A stretch of 64,000 bases of DNA from Escherichia phage VEc74, in the sequence record MT932213.1; one strand, written 5' to 3'. The position numbers and the translations under genes are program-made. This document shows positions 50,719-61,085 of this stretch, in pieces; the first letter of the stretch is position 1; every line of letters begins with the position of its first letter. The notes below the pieces were generated by a model. It was given only the letters and a program-made list of their open reading frames with translations, was not told the DNA's origin and did no database searches.

Positions 50719-53700
50719 ATGGCTACTTTAAAACAAATACAATTTAAAAGAAGCAAAACTGCAGGAGCACGTCCTGCCGCTTCAGTATTAGCCGAAGGTG
50801 AATTGGCTATAAACTTAAAAGACCGTGTACTTTTTACTAAAGATGACCAAGGAAATATTATTGATCTGGGTTTTGCTAAAGGCGGTAGTATTGACGGGAA
50901 TGTTATTCATATAGGAAACTATAACCAAACTGGTGATTATACTTTAAATGGCGCATTAACTCAGACAGGTAATTTTAATTTAACTGGTATTGCTCGAGTA
51001 ACTCGCGATATTATTGCCGCTGGGCAGATTATGACTGAAGGCGGTGAACTTATTACAAAAAGTTCAGGTACAGCACATGTTCGTTTTTTCGATGGCAATA
51101 GTCGCGAACGTGGAATCATTTATGCCCCGGCTAATGATGGTTTAACTACACAAGTACTTAATATCAGGGTTCAAGACTATGCCGCTGGTAGCGAAAGCAC
51201 TTATGCATTTTCAGGCAGTGGCCTATTTACTTCACCTGAAGTATCAGCATGGAAATCTATTTCGTCTCCACAAATTCTGACCGATAAAGTTATTACAAAT
51301 GGGAAGAAGACAGGCGATTATGATATCTATTCATTATCAAATAACACTCCAATGGCAGAAGGCGAAACGGCTATTAACCACCTCCGTGTTATGCGAAATG
51401 CTGTAGGAGCAGGTATTTTCCACGAAGTTAATGTTAATGACGGAATAACCTGGTATTCCGGAGATGGCTTAGACACTTATCTTTGGTCGTTTAACTGGGC
51501 CGGTGGATTGAAAGCGGGTCGTTCTATTGCTGTTGGCCTTCCTCACGGTTCTAAAAATTATTCAGAAATGGGCACGGCTTCTATTGCTTTAGGAGATAAT
51601 GATACCGGATTTAAATGGCATCAGGATGGATATTATTTCAGCGTCAATAATGGAACGAAAACATTTTTATTTAGTCCTAGTGAAACAACTAGTCTAAGAA
51701 AATTTGTAGCTGGATATTCTACTAACGGAACCGATTTAACGACTCCTCCAACTGAAAACTATGCTCTTGCTACTGTCGTGACATATCACGATAATAACGC
51801 GTTTGGAGATGGTCAGACTCTTTTAGGATATTATCAAGGCGGTAATTATCATCACTATTTCCGCGGTAAAGGTACTACAAACATTAATACTCACGGCGGT
51901 TTGTTAGTTACTCCAGGTAATATTGATGTTATTGGCGGTTCTGTTAATATTGATGGTAGAAATAATGCTTCTACACTGATGTTTAGAGGTAACACGACCG
52001 GAGCTAGTTCAGTTGATAATATGACAATTTCTGTGTGGGGCAATACGTTTACTAATCCTAGTGTAGGTGATCGTAAAAACGTCATGGAAATTTCTGATGC
52101 AACTAGTTGGATGAGCTATATTCAAAGACTTACAACAGGTGAAGTAGAAATGAACGTTAACGGTTCATTTGAATCATCTGGTGTTACTGCTGGAAATAGA
52201 GGAGTTCACACAACGGGCGAAATTTCATCTGGGGCTGTGAATGCACTTCGTATTTGGAATGCAGATTATGGAGCCATTTTTAGACGTTCAGAAGGAAGTC
52301 TTCATATTATTCCAACTGCTTATGGTGAAGGCAAAAATGGTGATATCGGTCCACTTCGTCCGTTTAGTATGGCTTTAGATACCGGTAAAGTTACTATTCC
52401 AGATTTACAATCAAGTTACAATACGTTTGCTGCTAACGGTTATATTAAATTTGTTGGTCATGGAGCAGGTGCCGGCGGTTATGACATTCAATATGCTCAA
52501 GCAGCTCCCATTTTCCAGGAAATCGATGATGATGCCGTAAGTAAATATTACCCAATTGTTAAGCAAAAATACCTTCAAGGTAAAGCTGTTTGGTCTTTAG
52601 GTACTGAAATTAATTCGGGAACATTTGTTTTACACCATATCAAAGAAGATGGTTCACAAGGCCATACATCAAGATTTAACGCTGACGGTACAGTTAACTT
52701 CCCGGATAACGTTCAGGTCGGTGGTGGTGAAGCTACTATTGCTCGTAATGGTAATATTTTCTCGGATATTTGGAAATCGTTTACTTCTGCCGGTGATACT
52801 ACAAATATTCGCGATGCTATTGCGACTCGTGTTTCGAAAGAAGGCGACACGATGACCGGTAAGTTGACTTTATCTGCTGGAGATGATGCCCTTGTTTTAA
52901 CTGCAGGCGTGGGTGCTTCATCACACATCCGTAGTGATGTAGGTGGTATAGGTAACTGGTATATAGGCAAAGGCGGCGGCGACAATGGTCTAGGTTTTTA
53001 CAGTTACATTACACAAGGCGGTGTATACATAACAAATAACGGCGAAATAGCGCTTTCTCCTCAAGGTCAAGGAACATTTAATTTTAATAGAGACCGCCTT
53101 CATATAAACGGTACACAATGGACTGCGCACCAGGCCGGCGATTGGGGAAATCAATGGCGCCAGGAAGCTCCTGTATTTGTGGATTTTGGTAATGTTGGTA
53201 ATGATAGTTATTATCCTATTATTAAAGGAAAATCTGGTATTACTAATGAAGGTTATATATCTGGTGTAGATTTTGGTATGCGCCGTATCACTAATACATG
53301 GGCCCAAGCTATTATCCGTGTTGGTAACCAGGAAAACGGTCATGACCCACAAGCTGTCTACGAATTCCACCACAATGGAGTTATGTATGCTCCTAACATG
53401 GTTAAAACTGGAGCAAGATTATCAGCTGGCGGTGGTGACCCGGTATGGACTGGGCCATGTCTTGTTATTGGTGATAATGATACTGGATTAGTTCATGGTG
53501 GTGATGGACGAATTAACATGGTTGCAAATGGAGTGCATATTGCTTCATGGTCAGCTGCTTATCAGATCCATGAAGGTCTTTGGGATTCAACTGGTGCTTT
53601 ATGGACTGAAACAGGAAGAGCTATTATTTCTTATGGGCATTTAGTCCAACAAAGTGATGCCTATTCCACATATGTTCGAGATGTTTATGTCCGTTCTGAT

Positions 53701-54030
53701 ATTCGTGTTAAAAAAGACCTTGTTAAATTTGAAAATGCTTCTGAGAAACTTTCCAAAATTAATGGTTACACTTATATGCAGAAGCGAGGCCTAGATGAAG
53801 AAGGCAATCAGAAATGGGAACCTAACGCCGGTTTAATTGCTCAAGAAGTTCAAGCTATTTTACCAGAATTAGTTGAAGGCGACCCGGATGGTGAAGCTTT
53901 ACTTCGTTTGAACTATAACGGTGTAATTGGTTTAAATACAGCTGCAATCAATGAGCATACCGCAGAAATTGCAGAACTTAAGTCAGAGATTGAAGAACTT
54001 AAAGCATTAGTTAAATCATTGTTAAAATAA
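50719..54030 (+). CDS. 37: Long tail fibre distal subunit gp37 with C-terminal intramolecular-chaperone-like domain
   Basis: 1103-aa ORF; N-terminus [52 protein letters not shown] as T4 gp37; C-terminus ...SDIRVKKD...[38 protein letters not shown]. Confidence 0.9.
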   Translation: MATLKQIQFKRSKTAGARPAASVLAEGELAINLKDRVLFTKDDQGNIIDLGFAKGGSIDGNVIHIGNYNQTGDYTLNGALTQTGNFNLTGIARVTRDIIAAGQIMTEGGELITKSSGTAHVRFFDGNSRERGIIYAPANDGLTTQVLNIRVQDYAAGSESTYAFSGSGLFTSPEVSAWKSISSPQILTDKVITNGKKTGDYDIYSLSNNTPMAEGETAINHLRVMRNAVGAGIFHEVNVNDGITWYSGDGLDTYLWSFNWAGGLKAGRSIAVGLPHGSKNYSEMGTASIALGDNDTGFKWHQDGYYFSVNNGTKTFLFSPSETTSLRKFVAGYSTNGTDLTTPPTENYALATVVTYHDNNAFGDGQTLLGYYQGGNYHHYFRGKGTTNINTHGGLLVTPGNIDVIGGSVNIDGRNNASTLMFRGNTTGASSVDNMTISVWGNTFTNPSVGDRKNVMEISDATSWMSYIQRLTTGEVEMNVNGSFESSGVTAGNRGVHTTGEISSGAVNALRIWNADYGAIFRRSEGSLHIIPTAYGEGKNGDIGPLRPFSMALDTGKVTIPDLQSSYNTFAANGYIKFVGHGAGAGGYDIQYAQAAPIFQEIDDDAVSKYYPIVKQKYLQGKAVWSLGTEINSGTFVLHHIKEDGSQGHTSRFNADGTVNFPDNVQVGGGEATIARNGNIFSDIWKSFTSAGDTTNIRDAIATRVSKEGDTMTGKLTLSAGDDALVLTAGVGASSHIRSDVGGIGNWYIGKGGGDNGLGFYSYITQGGVYITNNGEIALSPQGQGTFNFNRDRLHINGTQWTAHQAGDWGNQWRQEAPVFVDFGNVGNDSYYPIIKGKSGITNEGYISGVDFGMRRITNTWAQAIIRVGNQENGHDPQAVYEFHHNGVMYAPNMVKTGARLSAGGGDPVWTGPCLVIGDNDTGLVHGGDGRINMVANGVHIASWSAAYQIHEGLWDSTGALWTETGRAIISYGHLVQQSDAYSTYVRDVYVRSDIRVKKDLVKFENASEKLSKINGYTYMQKRGLDEEGNQKWEPNAGLIAQEVQAILPELVEGDPDGEALLRLNYNGVIGLNTAAINEHTAEIAELKSEIEELKALVKSLLK

Positions 54031-54035
54031 TAAGA

Positions 54036-54049
54036 GGGGCTTCGGCCCC
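54036..54049 (+). other. GC hairpin (ggggcttcggcccc) between genes 37 and 38 without a strong T-run
   Basis: Perfect 5-bp stem; immediately followed by the gene 38 RBS GGAGG. Confidence 0.4.
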
Positions 54050-54061
54050 TTGGAGGTTTAT

Positions 54062-54835
54062 ATGGCAGTTGAAGGACCGTGGGTAGGATGGTCTGCAAGG
54101 GTACAGACTGGAGACCCTTGGATGGCAGGAGCAGCCGTAAGATTAAGAATGGGTGTTCCATTTTGGATGAGTAATATGATAGGTCGATCTGTTGAAGTAA
54201 TTCACACGCTTGGAGCAGACCATAACTTCAATGGTCAGTGGTTCCGAGATAGATGTTTTGAGGCAGGTAGTACACCTATAGTGTTTAATATCACTGGAGA
54301 TTTAGTATCATATTCTAAAGATGTTCCTTTATTCTTCATGTACGGAGATACACCGAATGAATATGTTCAACTGAATATACATGGTGTAACGATGTATGGC
54401 CGTGGCGGGAATGGCGGTAGCAATAGTCCTGGCTCAGCTGGGGGTCATTGTATTCAAAATGATATTGGCGGGAGACTAAGAATTAATAATGGCGGAGCTA
54501 TTGCTGGAGGCGGCGGAGGCGGTGGCGGCGGTAACAGGGGTAGACTAGTATTTGGTGGTGGCGGTGGTCGCCCATTCGGTAGTGGCGGGTCTTCCTCTCA
54601 TATGAGTGCTGGTGCAACCGCCGGCACTATTTACGCTCCGGGTGCAGGATCTGTCGGTGAGGGGTCTCTTAGTGCATATACAGGCGGGAATGGCGGTGAA
54701 GTTGGCTCCGCAGGAGGTAGATGTAATACTCACGGTACCGGTGCAGAATATGACGGCGGCGCTGGTGGTTATGCCGTCATAGGGTCTGCTCCAACGTGGA
54801 TAAATGTTGGAGCAATATATGGTCCAAGAGTATAA
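54062..54835 (+). CDS. 38: T2-type receptor-recognising adhesin gp38 with glycine-rich motifs
   Basis: 257-aa ORF from ATG 54062 (track start 54050 is TTG); [43 protein letters not shown] and C-terminal [15 protein letters not shown] typical of T2-family gp38. Confidence 0.85.
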   Translation: MAVEGPWVGWSARVQTGDPWMAGAAVRLRMGVPFWMSNMIGRSVEVIHTLGADHNFNGQWFRDRCFEAGSTPIVFNITGDLVSYSKDVPLFFMYGDTPNEYVQLNIHGVTMYGRGGNGGSNSPGSAGGHCIQNDIGGRLRINNGGAIAGGGGGGGGGNRGRLVFGGGGGRPFGSGGSSSHMSAGATAGTIYAPGAGSVGEGSLSAYTGGNGGEVGSAGGRCNTHGTGAEYDGGAGGYAVIGSAPTWINVGAIYGPRV

Positions 54836-54865
54836 TTTGAATAAATATCCTTAAAAGGAGGGTCT

Positions 54866-55522
54866 ATGGCAGCACCTAGAATATCATTTTCGCCCTCTGA
54901 TATTCTGTTGGGTGTTCTAGATCGCTTGTTCAAAGATAACGCTACCGGGAAAGTTCTTGCTTCCCGGGTAGCTGTCGTAATTCTTTTATTTATGATGGCG
55001 ATTGTTTGGTATAGGGGAGATAGTTTCTTTGAGTACTATAAGCAATCAAAGTATGAAACATACAGTGAAATTATTGAAAAGGAAAGAAATGCACGCTTTG
55101 AATCTGTCGCCCTGGAACAACTCCAGATAGTTCATATATCATCTGAGGCAGACTTTAGTGCGGTGTATTCTTTCCGCCCTAAAAACTTAAACTATTTTGT
55201 CGATATTATAGCATATGAAGGAAGATTACCTTCAACAATAACAGAAAAATCACTTGGAGGATATCCTGTTGATAAAACTATGGATGAATATACGGTTCAT
55301 TTAAATGGACGTCATTATTATTCCAACTCAAAATTTGCTTTTTTACCAACTAAAAAGCCTACTCCCGAAATAAACTACATGTATAGTTGTCCATATTTTA
55401 ATTTGGATAATATCTATGCTGGAACGATAACCATGTACTGGTATAGAAATGATCATATAAGTAATGACCGCCTTGAATCAATATGTGCTCAGGCGGCCAG
55501 AATATTAGGAAGGGCTAAATAA
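54866..55522 (+). CDS. t: Holin T
   Basis: 218-aa ORF; MAAPRISFSPSDILLGVLDRLFKDNATGKVLASRVAVVILLFMMAIVWYRG matches T4 holin. Confidence 0.95.
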   Translation: MAAPRISFSPSDILLGVLDRLFKDNATGKVLASRVAVVILLFMMAIVWYRGDSFFEYYKQSKYETYSEIIEKERNARFESVALEQLQIVHISSEADFSAVYSFRPKNLNYFVDIIAYEGRLPSTITEKSLGGYPVDKTMDEYTVHLNGRHYYSNSKFAFLPTKKPTPEINYMYSCPYFNLDNIYAGTITMYWYRNDHISNDRLESICAQAARILGRAK

Positions 55523-55795
55523 TTATTTGTTCGTATACATCTCTAGATATCGATATACACCCTCAAAACCCTCGTTGAATTCGTCGATGAGGGTTTTCTT
55601 ATCTTCTTGGGTTAATTCAGAAACAATTTTACGGAATGAATTCTGATTTAACTTTCTACCTTCATGCGTTACTCCAATCTCATTCAGAAATGCAATAAAA
55701 TTAACACGATTCTCAACAATATCTTCTCTGGAAAATTTAATCAAAATAGACGCAACAGTAATAATTTCACGAACTGTATCAATGTTTTTATTCAT
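55523..55795 (-). CDS. asiA: Anti-sigma70 factor AsiA
   Basis: 90-aa ORF; MNKNIDTVREIITVASILIKFSREDIVENRVNFIAFLNEIGVTHEGRKL matches T4 AsiA. Confidence 0.92.
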   Translation of the reverse strand: MNKNIDTVREIITVASILIKFSREDIVENRVNFIAFLNEIGVTHEGRKLNQNSFRKIVSELTQEDKKTLIDEFNEGFEGVYRYLEMYTNK

Positions 55796-55826
55796 TAACT
55801 ATACCACTCAATTAGTTGACTTTGTT

Positions 55827-55856
55827 ATAATATCATCAGACGCTTGATTTGTAAAC
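55827..55856 (-). promoter_or_regulatory. Early promoter (-35 GTTTAC, 18-bp spacer, -10 TATTAT) for asiA
   Basis: Read on minus strand. Confidence 0.55.
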
Positions 55857-55956
55857 TGGTCTGTGTTATTTTCTTCAAAAATTTTTTCTACGAATTCCTT
55901 GAACGACTCACGTTCCTGAGCTACATTATGCTCGATTACCTTTTCAAGATTATGAC

Positions 55957-56235
55957 TCATTCGAAATAATCTTCAATTTCGTAATCATGGACGTAAATCA
56001 TTATAGTTTTTAATACATCATCAATACTTTTTCCTGGAGCTGGAATTACGTAGAAATATCCTTCTTTTGAGAGGTCTTTATAAGTTCCAATTAAGAAATC
56101 ATTATTCTCAAGATGTAGTTCTTCAACTAATTCATTAACAATTGAATGGTATAAATTTGGTAGAAACTTATATAGCTTTTCTAGAATATCAATTTTGATT
56201 GTGTATTGAACCACGGACTGAGAATCAATAATCAT
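55957..56235 (-). CDS. arn: Probable Arn (anti-restriction protein inhibiting McrBC)
   Basis: 92-aa ORF at the T4 arn position with T4 Arn length; sequence recall moderate. Confidence 0.55.
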   Translation of the reverse strand: MIIDSQSVVQYTIKIDILEKLYKFLPNLYHSIVNELVEELHLENNDFLIGTYKDLSKEGYFYVIPAPGKSIDDVLKTIMIYVHDYEIEDYFE

Positions 56236-56318
56236 AGACCTTCCCCTTATGTTTCTGTTTGCGATTAGATTCTTTAAACGCTTTCTTCTTATCCTTATGA
56301 ACAGAAGCTTTATTAAAA

Positions 56319-56537
56319 TTATGTTTTGCGACTAAATTGTTCATAGTGCTGAATCACCTCTCTCAAACATTTGCATGTGAATGAAAACTTTTTAGCTACA
56401 CCACATTCAAATATATGTTCTCTTAAATCGCGTGTATCGGTATATCCCATCTCAACAATAAAATGCCGTATTAGATTTTTATCTTTATCATTGAGAGAAT
56501 TAAAATAATCAGATTTTGAATTAATTTCCCTGGCCAA
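56319..56537 (-). CDS. Hypothetical protein (arn.x position)
   Basis: 72-aa ORF. Confidence 0.45.
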   Translation of the reverse strand: MAREINSKSDYFNSLNDKDKNLIRHFIVEMGYTDTRDLREHIFECGVAKKFSFTCKCLREVIQHYEQFSRKT

Positions 56538-56817
56538 ATTGAATCACCTTCAGTTGACGTTTTAATTCTTTTATCATTTCTTCGTTCATCGCAATATAAA
56601 GATCACGTAAAGCGGGTTTTAGCATTCCATTTACTGGAGAACTAAATGGACATACATAATCTTTTCCTACGAGCTTTTTAGTGAATTCCATATCACAGAA
56701 CTGAAATGCCGGTTCATTAGCATAAATTCCCCAATTAGTTGACATCATTTTATTGGCATATTCCAACGCCTGGATTTGATTCTTAATTCCATCAATTTGA
56801 AACTTTTTAATATTCAT
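56521..56817 (-). CDS. Hypothetical protein (arn.x position)
   Basis: 98-aa ORF. Confidence 0.5.
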   Translation of the reverse strand: MNIKKFQIDGIKNQIQALEYANKMMSTNWGIYANEPAFQFCDMEFTKKLVGKDYVCPFSSPVNGMLKPALRDLYIAMNEEMIKELKRQLKVIQFGQGN

Positions 56818-57278
56818 TAGTAAAGGTCCTCAGAGTAAAGTTCTTTTTCATTACCACCACGTTCAATACGTACTTGTCCAGCGTAAGTTGCAATAATCAT
56901 TGCTTCTTCACGTGTCCAATAATTACTATATTGGTCAATAAACCCTTGGTCATCATCACAAACTTGTTGAGTAACTAATTGAGGTTTAACTACATCTAAA
57001 ACTTCTGCCATATCTTTAGAATAATGACGAGCACCAGGAATAACAAGAGTTCGTCCATCTTTTAATTTAAAACGATTAGCTGCGCAAACAATCCGTCGTT
57101 GATACTTTTGGTTTTCATCCCAGTATGCAGACTGCCAACAGATTTCAGGAACTTCTTTTAGAATATCTTCTTCTGTGCATTTATAACCATGCGCTTTAAA
57201 TTTTTCAGCAAGACTTTCTGGAGTTTCACGAGATAAAGGAACATTCAGCATTTTTAAACGATTGATAAATGGGTTCAT
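56817..57278 (-). CDS. Hypothetical protein (arn.x position)
   Basis: 153-aa ORF, ATGA overlap. Confidence 0.5.
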   Translation of the reverse strand: MNPFINRLKMLNVPLSRETPESLAEKFKAHGYKCTEEDILKEVPEICWQSAYWDENQKYQRRIVCAANRFKLKDGRTLVIPGARHYSKDMAEVLDVVKPQLVTQQVCDDDQGFIDQYSNYWTREEAMIIATYAGQVRIERGGNEKELYSEDLY

Positions 57279-57604
57279 TTAAACCATCCTTTAATACGTT
57301 GCCACAAAGTTTTCTGTTGAGCTTTGTTAACACCAATTGAGCGAATAACTGGTTGAGATTCCTGGAATTCTTTATAATCAGCAAGGTAAATTTCGTAAGC
57401 TGAATCTGTAAAGGAACTTATAGCTGCCATGAAATTATTGCGAATACCTACTGGAGCATCTTTACTTTCACGAATAATCATGTATTTGCCAGTCTTAATC
57501 TTTACAATAGTTCCAAGATAAGCCCCATGGTACCAGATGTCCCATCCCTCTTGAGTAGGTTCTGCGCAACGACGAAGTTCATTAACAATTTCTAACTTGT
57601 TCAT
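57275..57604 (-). CDS. Hypothetical protein
   Basis: 109-aa ORF with RBS. Confidence 0.5.
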   Translation of the reverse strand: MNKLEIVNELRRCAEPTQEGWDIWYHGAYLGTIVKIKTGKYMIIRESKDAPVGIRNNFMAAISSFTDSAYEIYLADYKEFQESQPVIRSIGVNKAQQKTLWQRIKGWFK

Positions 57605-57614
57605 TATTTATTCC

Positions 57615-58250
57615 TCACAGTTCAGATGCTACAGCGATTACTACTTCAATGTTTTCTGCCGAGCGTTTAATGTCAAGATACACATTACCGTTTTTAGCGA
57701 TTTTACATGACATTCCGATGTCAGTAAATTTCTGAATATGATGTTCCATCATTTTGTATCCAAAAATTCGCATATTTCCATTGTTGTTAATTTCAAAATT
57801 ACGAATTCCGTGAGTGCGTTTTTCTAAAATAGCAAGATAGTTACTGCGATAAGTTTCAACCTTTTTAAGAACAAATCCATTTTCATCTAAAAGTTTTAAC
57901 ATGAGGTCTTTATCTTCTTCCATATCGGAAGTAATCTCGCGAGCTTTACGAGTTGCTCGTTTTTTCAGCAGTTCCGGAGCATTTTCCTGTGCATATAAAG
58001 TTGCTGCATTTGAAATAATATCCTGAGCTTCGCCAGTAATGATTAATCCATCACCAGATTTCTCCACCAGGCCTTTTTTAATCAATACCCCAATATTACT
58101 ATTAACTACTGCGTTACCTAAATCTGGATGCACCTCACGAACTTCTGCAGCTGTAATGAAATCTTTCTTAGCAATAGTAATTAAAATCGCAGCAGTTTTT
58201 TCATTCAGAACATCGTTAGAAGCTTTGATGATGTAAGTTACTTTAGACAT
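57615..58250 (-). CDS. motA: Middle transcription activator MotA
   Basis: 211-aa ORF; MSKVTYIIKASNDVLNEKTAAILITIAKKDFITAAEVREVHPDLGNAVVNSNIGVLIKKGLVEKSGDGLIITGEAQ matches T4 MotA. Confidence 0.92.
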   Translation of the reverse strand: MSKVTYIIKASNDVLNEKTAAILITIAKKDFITAAEVREVHPDLGNAVVNSNIGVLIKKGLVEKSGDGLIITGEAQDIISNAATLYAQENAPELLKKRATRKAREITSDMEEDKDLMLKLLDENGFVLKKVETYRSNYLAILEKRTHGIRNFEINNNGNMRIFGYKMMEHHIQKFTDIGMSCKIAKNGNVYLDIKRSAENIEVVIAVASEL

Positions 58251-58291
58251 TTTCTAATCTCCGTAATTCTGTATCAGTAGTTGATAGTTGT

Positions 58292-58321
58292 ATAGTACCA
58301 CAGTATGCTTTGGTTGTAAAC
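58292..58321 (-). promoter_or_regulatory. Early promoter (-35 GTTTAC, 18-bp spacer, -10 TACTAT) for motA, within repeated cassette
   Basis: 72-bp cassette 58283-58354 near-identical to 41601-41672. Confidence 0.6.
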
Positions 58322-58352
58322 CGTTTTGTGAAAAAATTTTTGAAATAAAAAA

Positions 58353-58372
58353 GGGAGAGCCTCGGCTCTCCC
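58353..58372 (-). terminator. GC hairpin (gggagagcctcggctctccc) plus T-run
   Basis: Perfect 8-bp stem followed by TTTTTTATTTC on minus strand. Confidence 0.75.
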
Positions 58373-58377
58373 TAAAA

Positions 58378-58527
58378 TTACTGCATGACTGTGATAACTG
58401 TCATGATAACACGTTGAATTCCGAACGCAAGAAGACCTCCTGCTACGGCTGGAACAACACCTAACCCCACCAGTAAAATGCTACCAGATACTAATGCAGC
58501 GCTTGTAATACCAATGAATGGACTCAT
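58378..58527 (-). CDS. Small hydrophobic peptide (49 aa; motA.1 position), not in ORF track
   Basis: Hand translation MSPFIGITSAALVSGSILLVGLGVVPAVAGGLLAFGIQRVIMTVITVMQ; ATGA overlap with gene 52 stop. Confidence 0.4.
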   Translation of the reverse strand: MSPFIGITSAALVSGSILLVGLGVVPAVAGGLLAFGIQRVIMTVITVMQ

Positions 58528-59852
58528 TTGATTTCCTCTAAATCTTTAGTGTATTCAGTAACTACATCAGTAGTTTTCCAATATTCGTTTTCTTCTTTTT
58601 TAGCTTTAGCTTCTTCAGCAAGTTTCTTTGCTTCATCGGAAGTCATATGAAAAATATTCATTCCAACTAGTTTATCAACATAAGAAGAATACATATCGAT
58701 TTTCGAAAGTTCTTCGGTCAGTTCTTTACGAGTTTTACCCTGTACAACAATTTCACCTGAAATTACTTTCTTAATGAAATGTGCCTTGGCAAAGGCTAAA
58801 CGAAAAGCTGACTCAGTTTCTTTAATTTTGTTATCAATTCGTTTTTGGACATAAGTTTTACGAACTTCAACGAAGTCTTTAATTAAATCAACTACGTTAT
58901 CGTAAACTTGCAGTTTTCCTTTCTCATTAATGACGGTAATATTCTGAGAACGACGTTCAATCAATCCGAAGTCTTTCATAATTTTTGCATGACGTTCTTC
59001 TTCATTATCGCTCAAAGAATATTCTTTGCGGAATTTAACTTTGAATCCAAAACCGTGCTCACCGCAAGCATCATCCCATGTAATGAAGCCTTTATCTTCA
59101 AGTGGGTCTAAAATTTTACTCACGTAAGTTTCACGATCATACTTATATGGAATCTCAGTGATATGCATTTGAGTTCGTGAAGTAAACTTATATGTTCCAC
59201 GAATTTCATACTGCCCATCAATTTCAACAACTTCACCACGAAATTCTGGGAATTCTACTTTCGGTTTAGTTACTTTCTTTCCTTGAAGAGCTTGCAATAC
59301 AGCTTTCTTGACAGAAGAAACACTATGAGGAAGAATGTAAGTTGCATAACCAGTTGCAATACCGGAAACACCATTAAGAAGAACGGTAGGAATAATAGGC
59401 AAATAGAAAGCAGGCGGAATGTGTTCTTTATCTTGATGTACCGGAGCATATTCAGTATCTTTATATACGTTATAGAAATTTTTACTTACACGAGCAAAAA
59501 TATAACGACTTGCCGCTGCCTTTTGGACAGTACGAGAACCGAAGTTTCCTTGGCCATCTAACAAAGGAAAGTTATTATTCCAAGTGTTAGCCATCAAAGC
59601 ACCTGCGTCTTGTGCAGAGTTTTCGCCATGGTGATATCCAAGGTCCGCTACACCACCTGCAATAGAAGCGAGTTTGTGAAACTTATCTTTATTTCCTCGT
59701 GCTAAATCAAGGGCTCGAGCAATAACAAATCGTTGAACTGGCTTAAATCCATCAATCATATTTGGAATGGCACGATTTTCAACCGTGTACATAGCATAAG
59801 CCAATGCTTCATTATCAATGATACTTTTTAAATCGCGATTATTCAGTTGCAT
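58524..59852 (-). CDS. 52: DNA topoisomerase II medium subunit gp52
   Basis: 442-aa ORF, T4 gp52 length; GyrA-like active-site Tyr region AASRYIFARV. Confidence 0.9.
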   Translation of the reverse strand: MQLNNRDLKSIIDNEALAYAMYTVENRAIPNMIDGFKPVQRFVIARALDLARGNKDKFHKLASIAGGVADLGYHHGENSAQDAGALMANTWNNNFPLLDGQGNFGSRTVQKAAASRYIFARVSKNFYNVYKDTEYAPVHQDKEHIPPAFYLPIIPTVLLNGVSGIATGYATYILPHSVSSVKKAVLQALQGKKVTKPKVEFPEFRGEVVEIDGQYEIRGTYKFTSRTQMHITEIPYKYDRETYVSKILDPLEDKGFITWDDACGEHGFGFKVKFRKEYSLSDNEEERHAKIMKDFGLIERRSQNITVINEKGKLQVYDNVVDLIKDFVEVRKTYVQKRIDNKIKETESAFRLAFAKAHFIKKVISGEIVVQGKTRKELTEELSKIDMYSSYVDKLVGMNIFHMTSDEAKKLAEEAKAKKEENEYWKTTDVVTEYTKDLEEIK

Positions 59853-59856
59853 AAAT

Positions 59857-59997
59857 TTACCATACTAGTGAATGTAGTGCCATAATAACATCAGAAATGA
59901 AAAGCACGACTTGAATTAATCCGAACATTACTCCATAATATAGTGCTACCAATAAAGTAGCAAGGGCTAATGAATAGCCCAAGATTTTCTTAATCAT
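59857..59997 (-). CDS. Small hydrophobic peptide (46 aa), not in ORF track
   Basis: Hand translation MIKKILGYSLALATLLVALYYGVMFGLIQVVLFISDVIMALHSLVW. Confidence 0.35.
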   Translation of the reverse strand: MIKKILGYSLALATLLVALYYGVMFGLIQVVLFISDVIMALHSLVW

Positions 59998-60148
59998 TAG
60001 TAGATAACAACACAAATGTTAAATATGCACACATACCCTGAGCTAAAGCTTGCGAAAACACACTGCTGGCATCAATACAGATAGTTAAAACACATGCTAC
60101 TATCCAACAAATAAATGAAATAACTCCTAATAATTTTGCAATATTCAT
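59990..60148 (-). CDS. Small hydrophobic peptide (52 aa; possibly ac-like), not in ORF track
   Basis: Hand translation MNIAKLLGVISFICWIVACVLTICIDASSVFSQALAQGMCAYLTFVLLSTND; RBS GAGGAA. Confidence 0.4.
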   Translation of the reverse strand: MNIAKLLGVISFICWIVACVLTICIDASSVFSQALAQGMCAYLTFVLLSTND

Positions 60149-60155
60149 ATTTTCC

Positions 60156-60236
60156 TCACTGGCGTCCGAAGACGCCTTTAGTTTTAAGATTATTACGATA
60201 GAACTGCATCACGTGTTCGTTGTGGAAATTACTCAT
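60156..60236 (-). CDS. stp: Stp peptide (26 aa; activator of the host PrrC anticodon nuclease)
   Basis: Hand translation [26 protein letters not shown] matches T4 Stp as I recall it; TAATG overlap with ndd stop. Confidence 0.6.
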
Positions 60237-60694
60237 TAATATGCCTGCAAAACGAATTTAAAGTTATCAGCCAACATACGGTTCATTTCTTCAAGTGTTT
60301 GATATTCAGAATGATGATTACGTGTAAACGCTAAAGCTAACTGTCCTTTTCCAAATCCCGTCGTCAGAGGTTTCATCTTAGAAGCAGGCAGATAAAACAC
60401 TGTGTATGGAACATTGTTATTTGCAATAGTACGCGCAAGTTGAGACCGGCGTTGACGAATATGACTTAAAACCGCACTGAATCCTTGCTTAGAACGCTGA
60501 TTACCTGCATAAAATCGTGCAGACACACATGGATTACTAAATGGACGACCATCTAATTTACTTACTAAAAAGTAAAATCCAGGTTTAGATAAAATATCTT
60601 TATGCGGAGTTCCTAAAAACCATTCACCACCCTTGATTGTACCAATAACAGTAGCGCCTGCGTTGTTCAGATCAGTAACAGTCATATATTTCAT
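60236..60694 (-). CDS. ndd: Nucleoid disruption protein Ndd
   Basis: 152-aa ORF from [33 protein letters not shown] (T4 Ndd start); RBS GAGGAA; track ORF is 16 codons longer. Confidence 0.85.
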
Positions 60695-60754
60695 TTTAAT
60701 TTCCTCTAAATTATTTTCTACTCCAAGGCCGCATGAATACACACGGCCATTAAA

Positions 60755-60970
60755 TTAATCGTCGCAGTCGACGCTCAATTCCCAGAATTCTTCTACGGTA
60801 TAAGTTTCAGTATCATTTTCAATACAGAAACGTTCATTACTGTTATTTGCTAAAGTAGCGTTAACTGTCGGTTTCTCACTAGTGCTCTTAAGAGGTGAAA
60901 TACGAATTAACTGATCACCGTTATCTAAACAGAAAATTTCACCAACTTTTACATCTTTAAAACTTTTCAT
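60755..60970 (-). CDS. Hypothetical protein (ndd.1 position)
   Basis: 71-aa ORF with RBS. Confidence 0.45.
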   Translation of the reverse strand: MKSFKDVKVGEIFCLDNGDQLIRISPLKSTSEKPTVNATLANNSNERFCIENDTETYTVEEFWELSVDCDD

Positions 60971-61085
60971 AATTCACCTCAGGGAGTATAAAATCCGAAT
61001 GCAGTTGTTGACCATCCCATCCAGTATGGGAAATTTGCACCAATGTAAAACATAAGAATATAAAACCAAATGCTTAGTAAATTCA

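Noticed and set aside
52713-53373. Antisense ORFs of 90 and 127 aa inside gene 37
   Set aside because: They lie wholly within a well-supported long CDS on the opposite strand, have no RBS or promoter, and their low-complexity sequence is the usual shadow of a biased frame.
54050-54061. Track start of gene 38 at 54050
   Set aside because: That codon is TTG and lies within the RBS GGAGG; the ATG at 54062 with correct spacing is the more plausible start.
54480-54560. GGC/GGT-rich low-complexity DNA as a possible simple-sequence repeat
   Set aside because: It encodes the polyglycine motifs of the gp38 adhesin, so it is coding low complexity rather than a satellite or CRISPR-like repeat.
55808-55960. 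50-aa minus-strand ORF between arn and asiA (possible asiA.5-like gene)
   Set aside because: The frame overlaps the asiA early promoter (-35/-10 at 55827-55856) and has no clear RBS; it may be real in T4-type genomes, but the evidence here is too weak to list as a feature.
56225-56344. 39-aa highly basic minus-strand ORF overlapping the arn start
   Set aside because: It overlaps the 72-aa ORF at 56319-56537 in another frame and overlaps arn; I cannot decide which frame is coding without comparative data.
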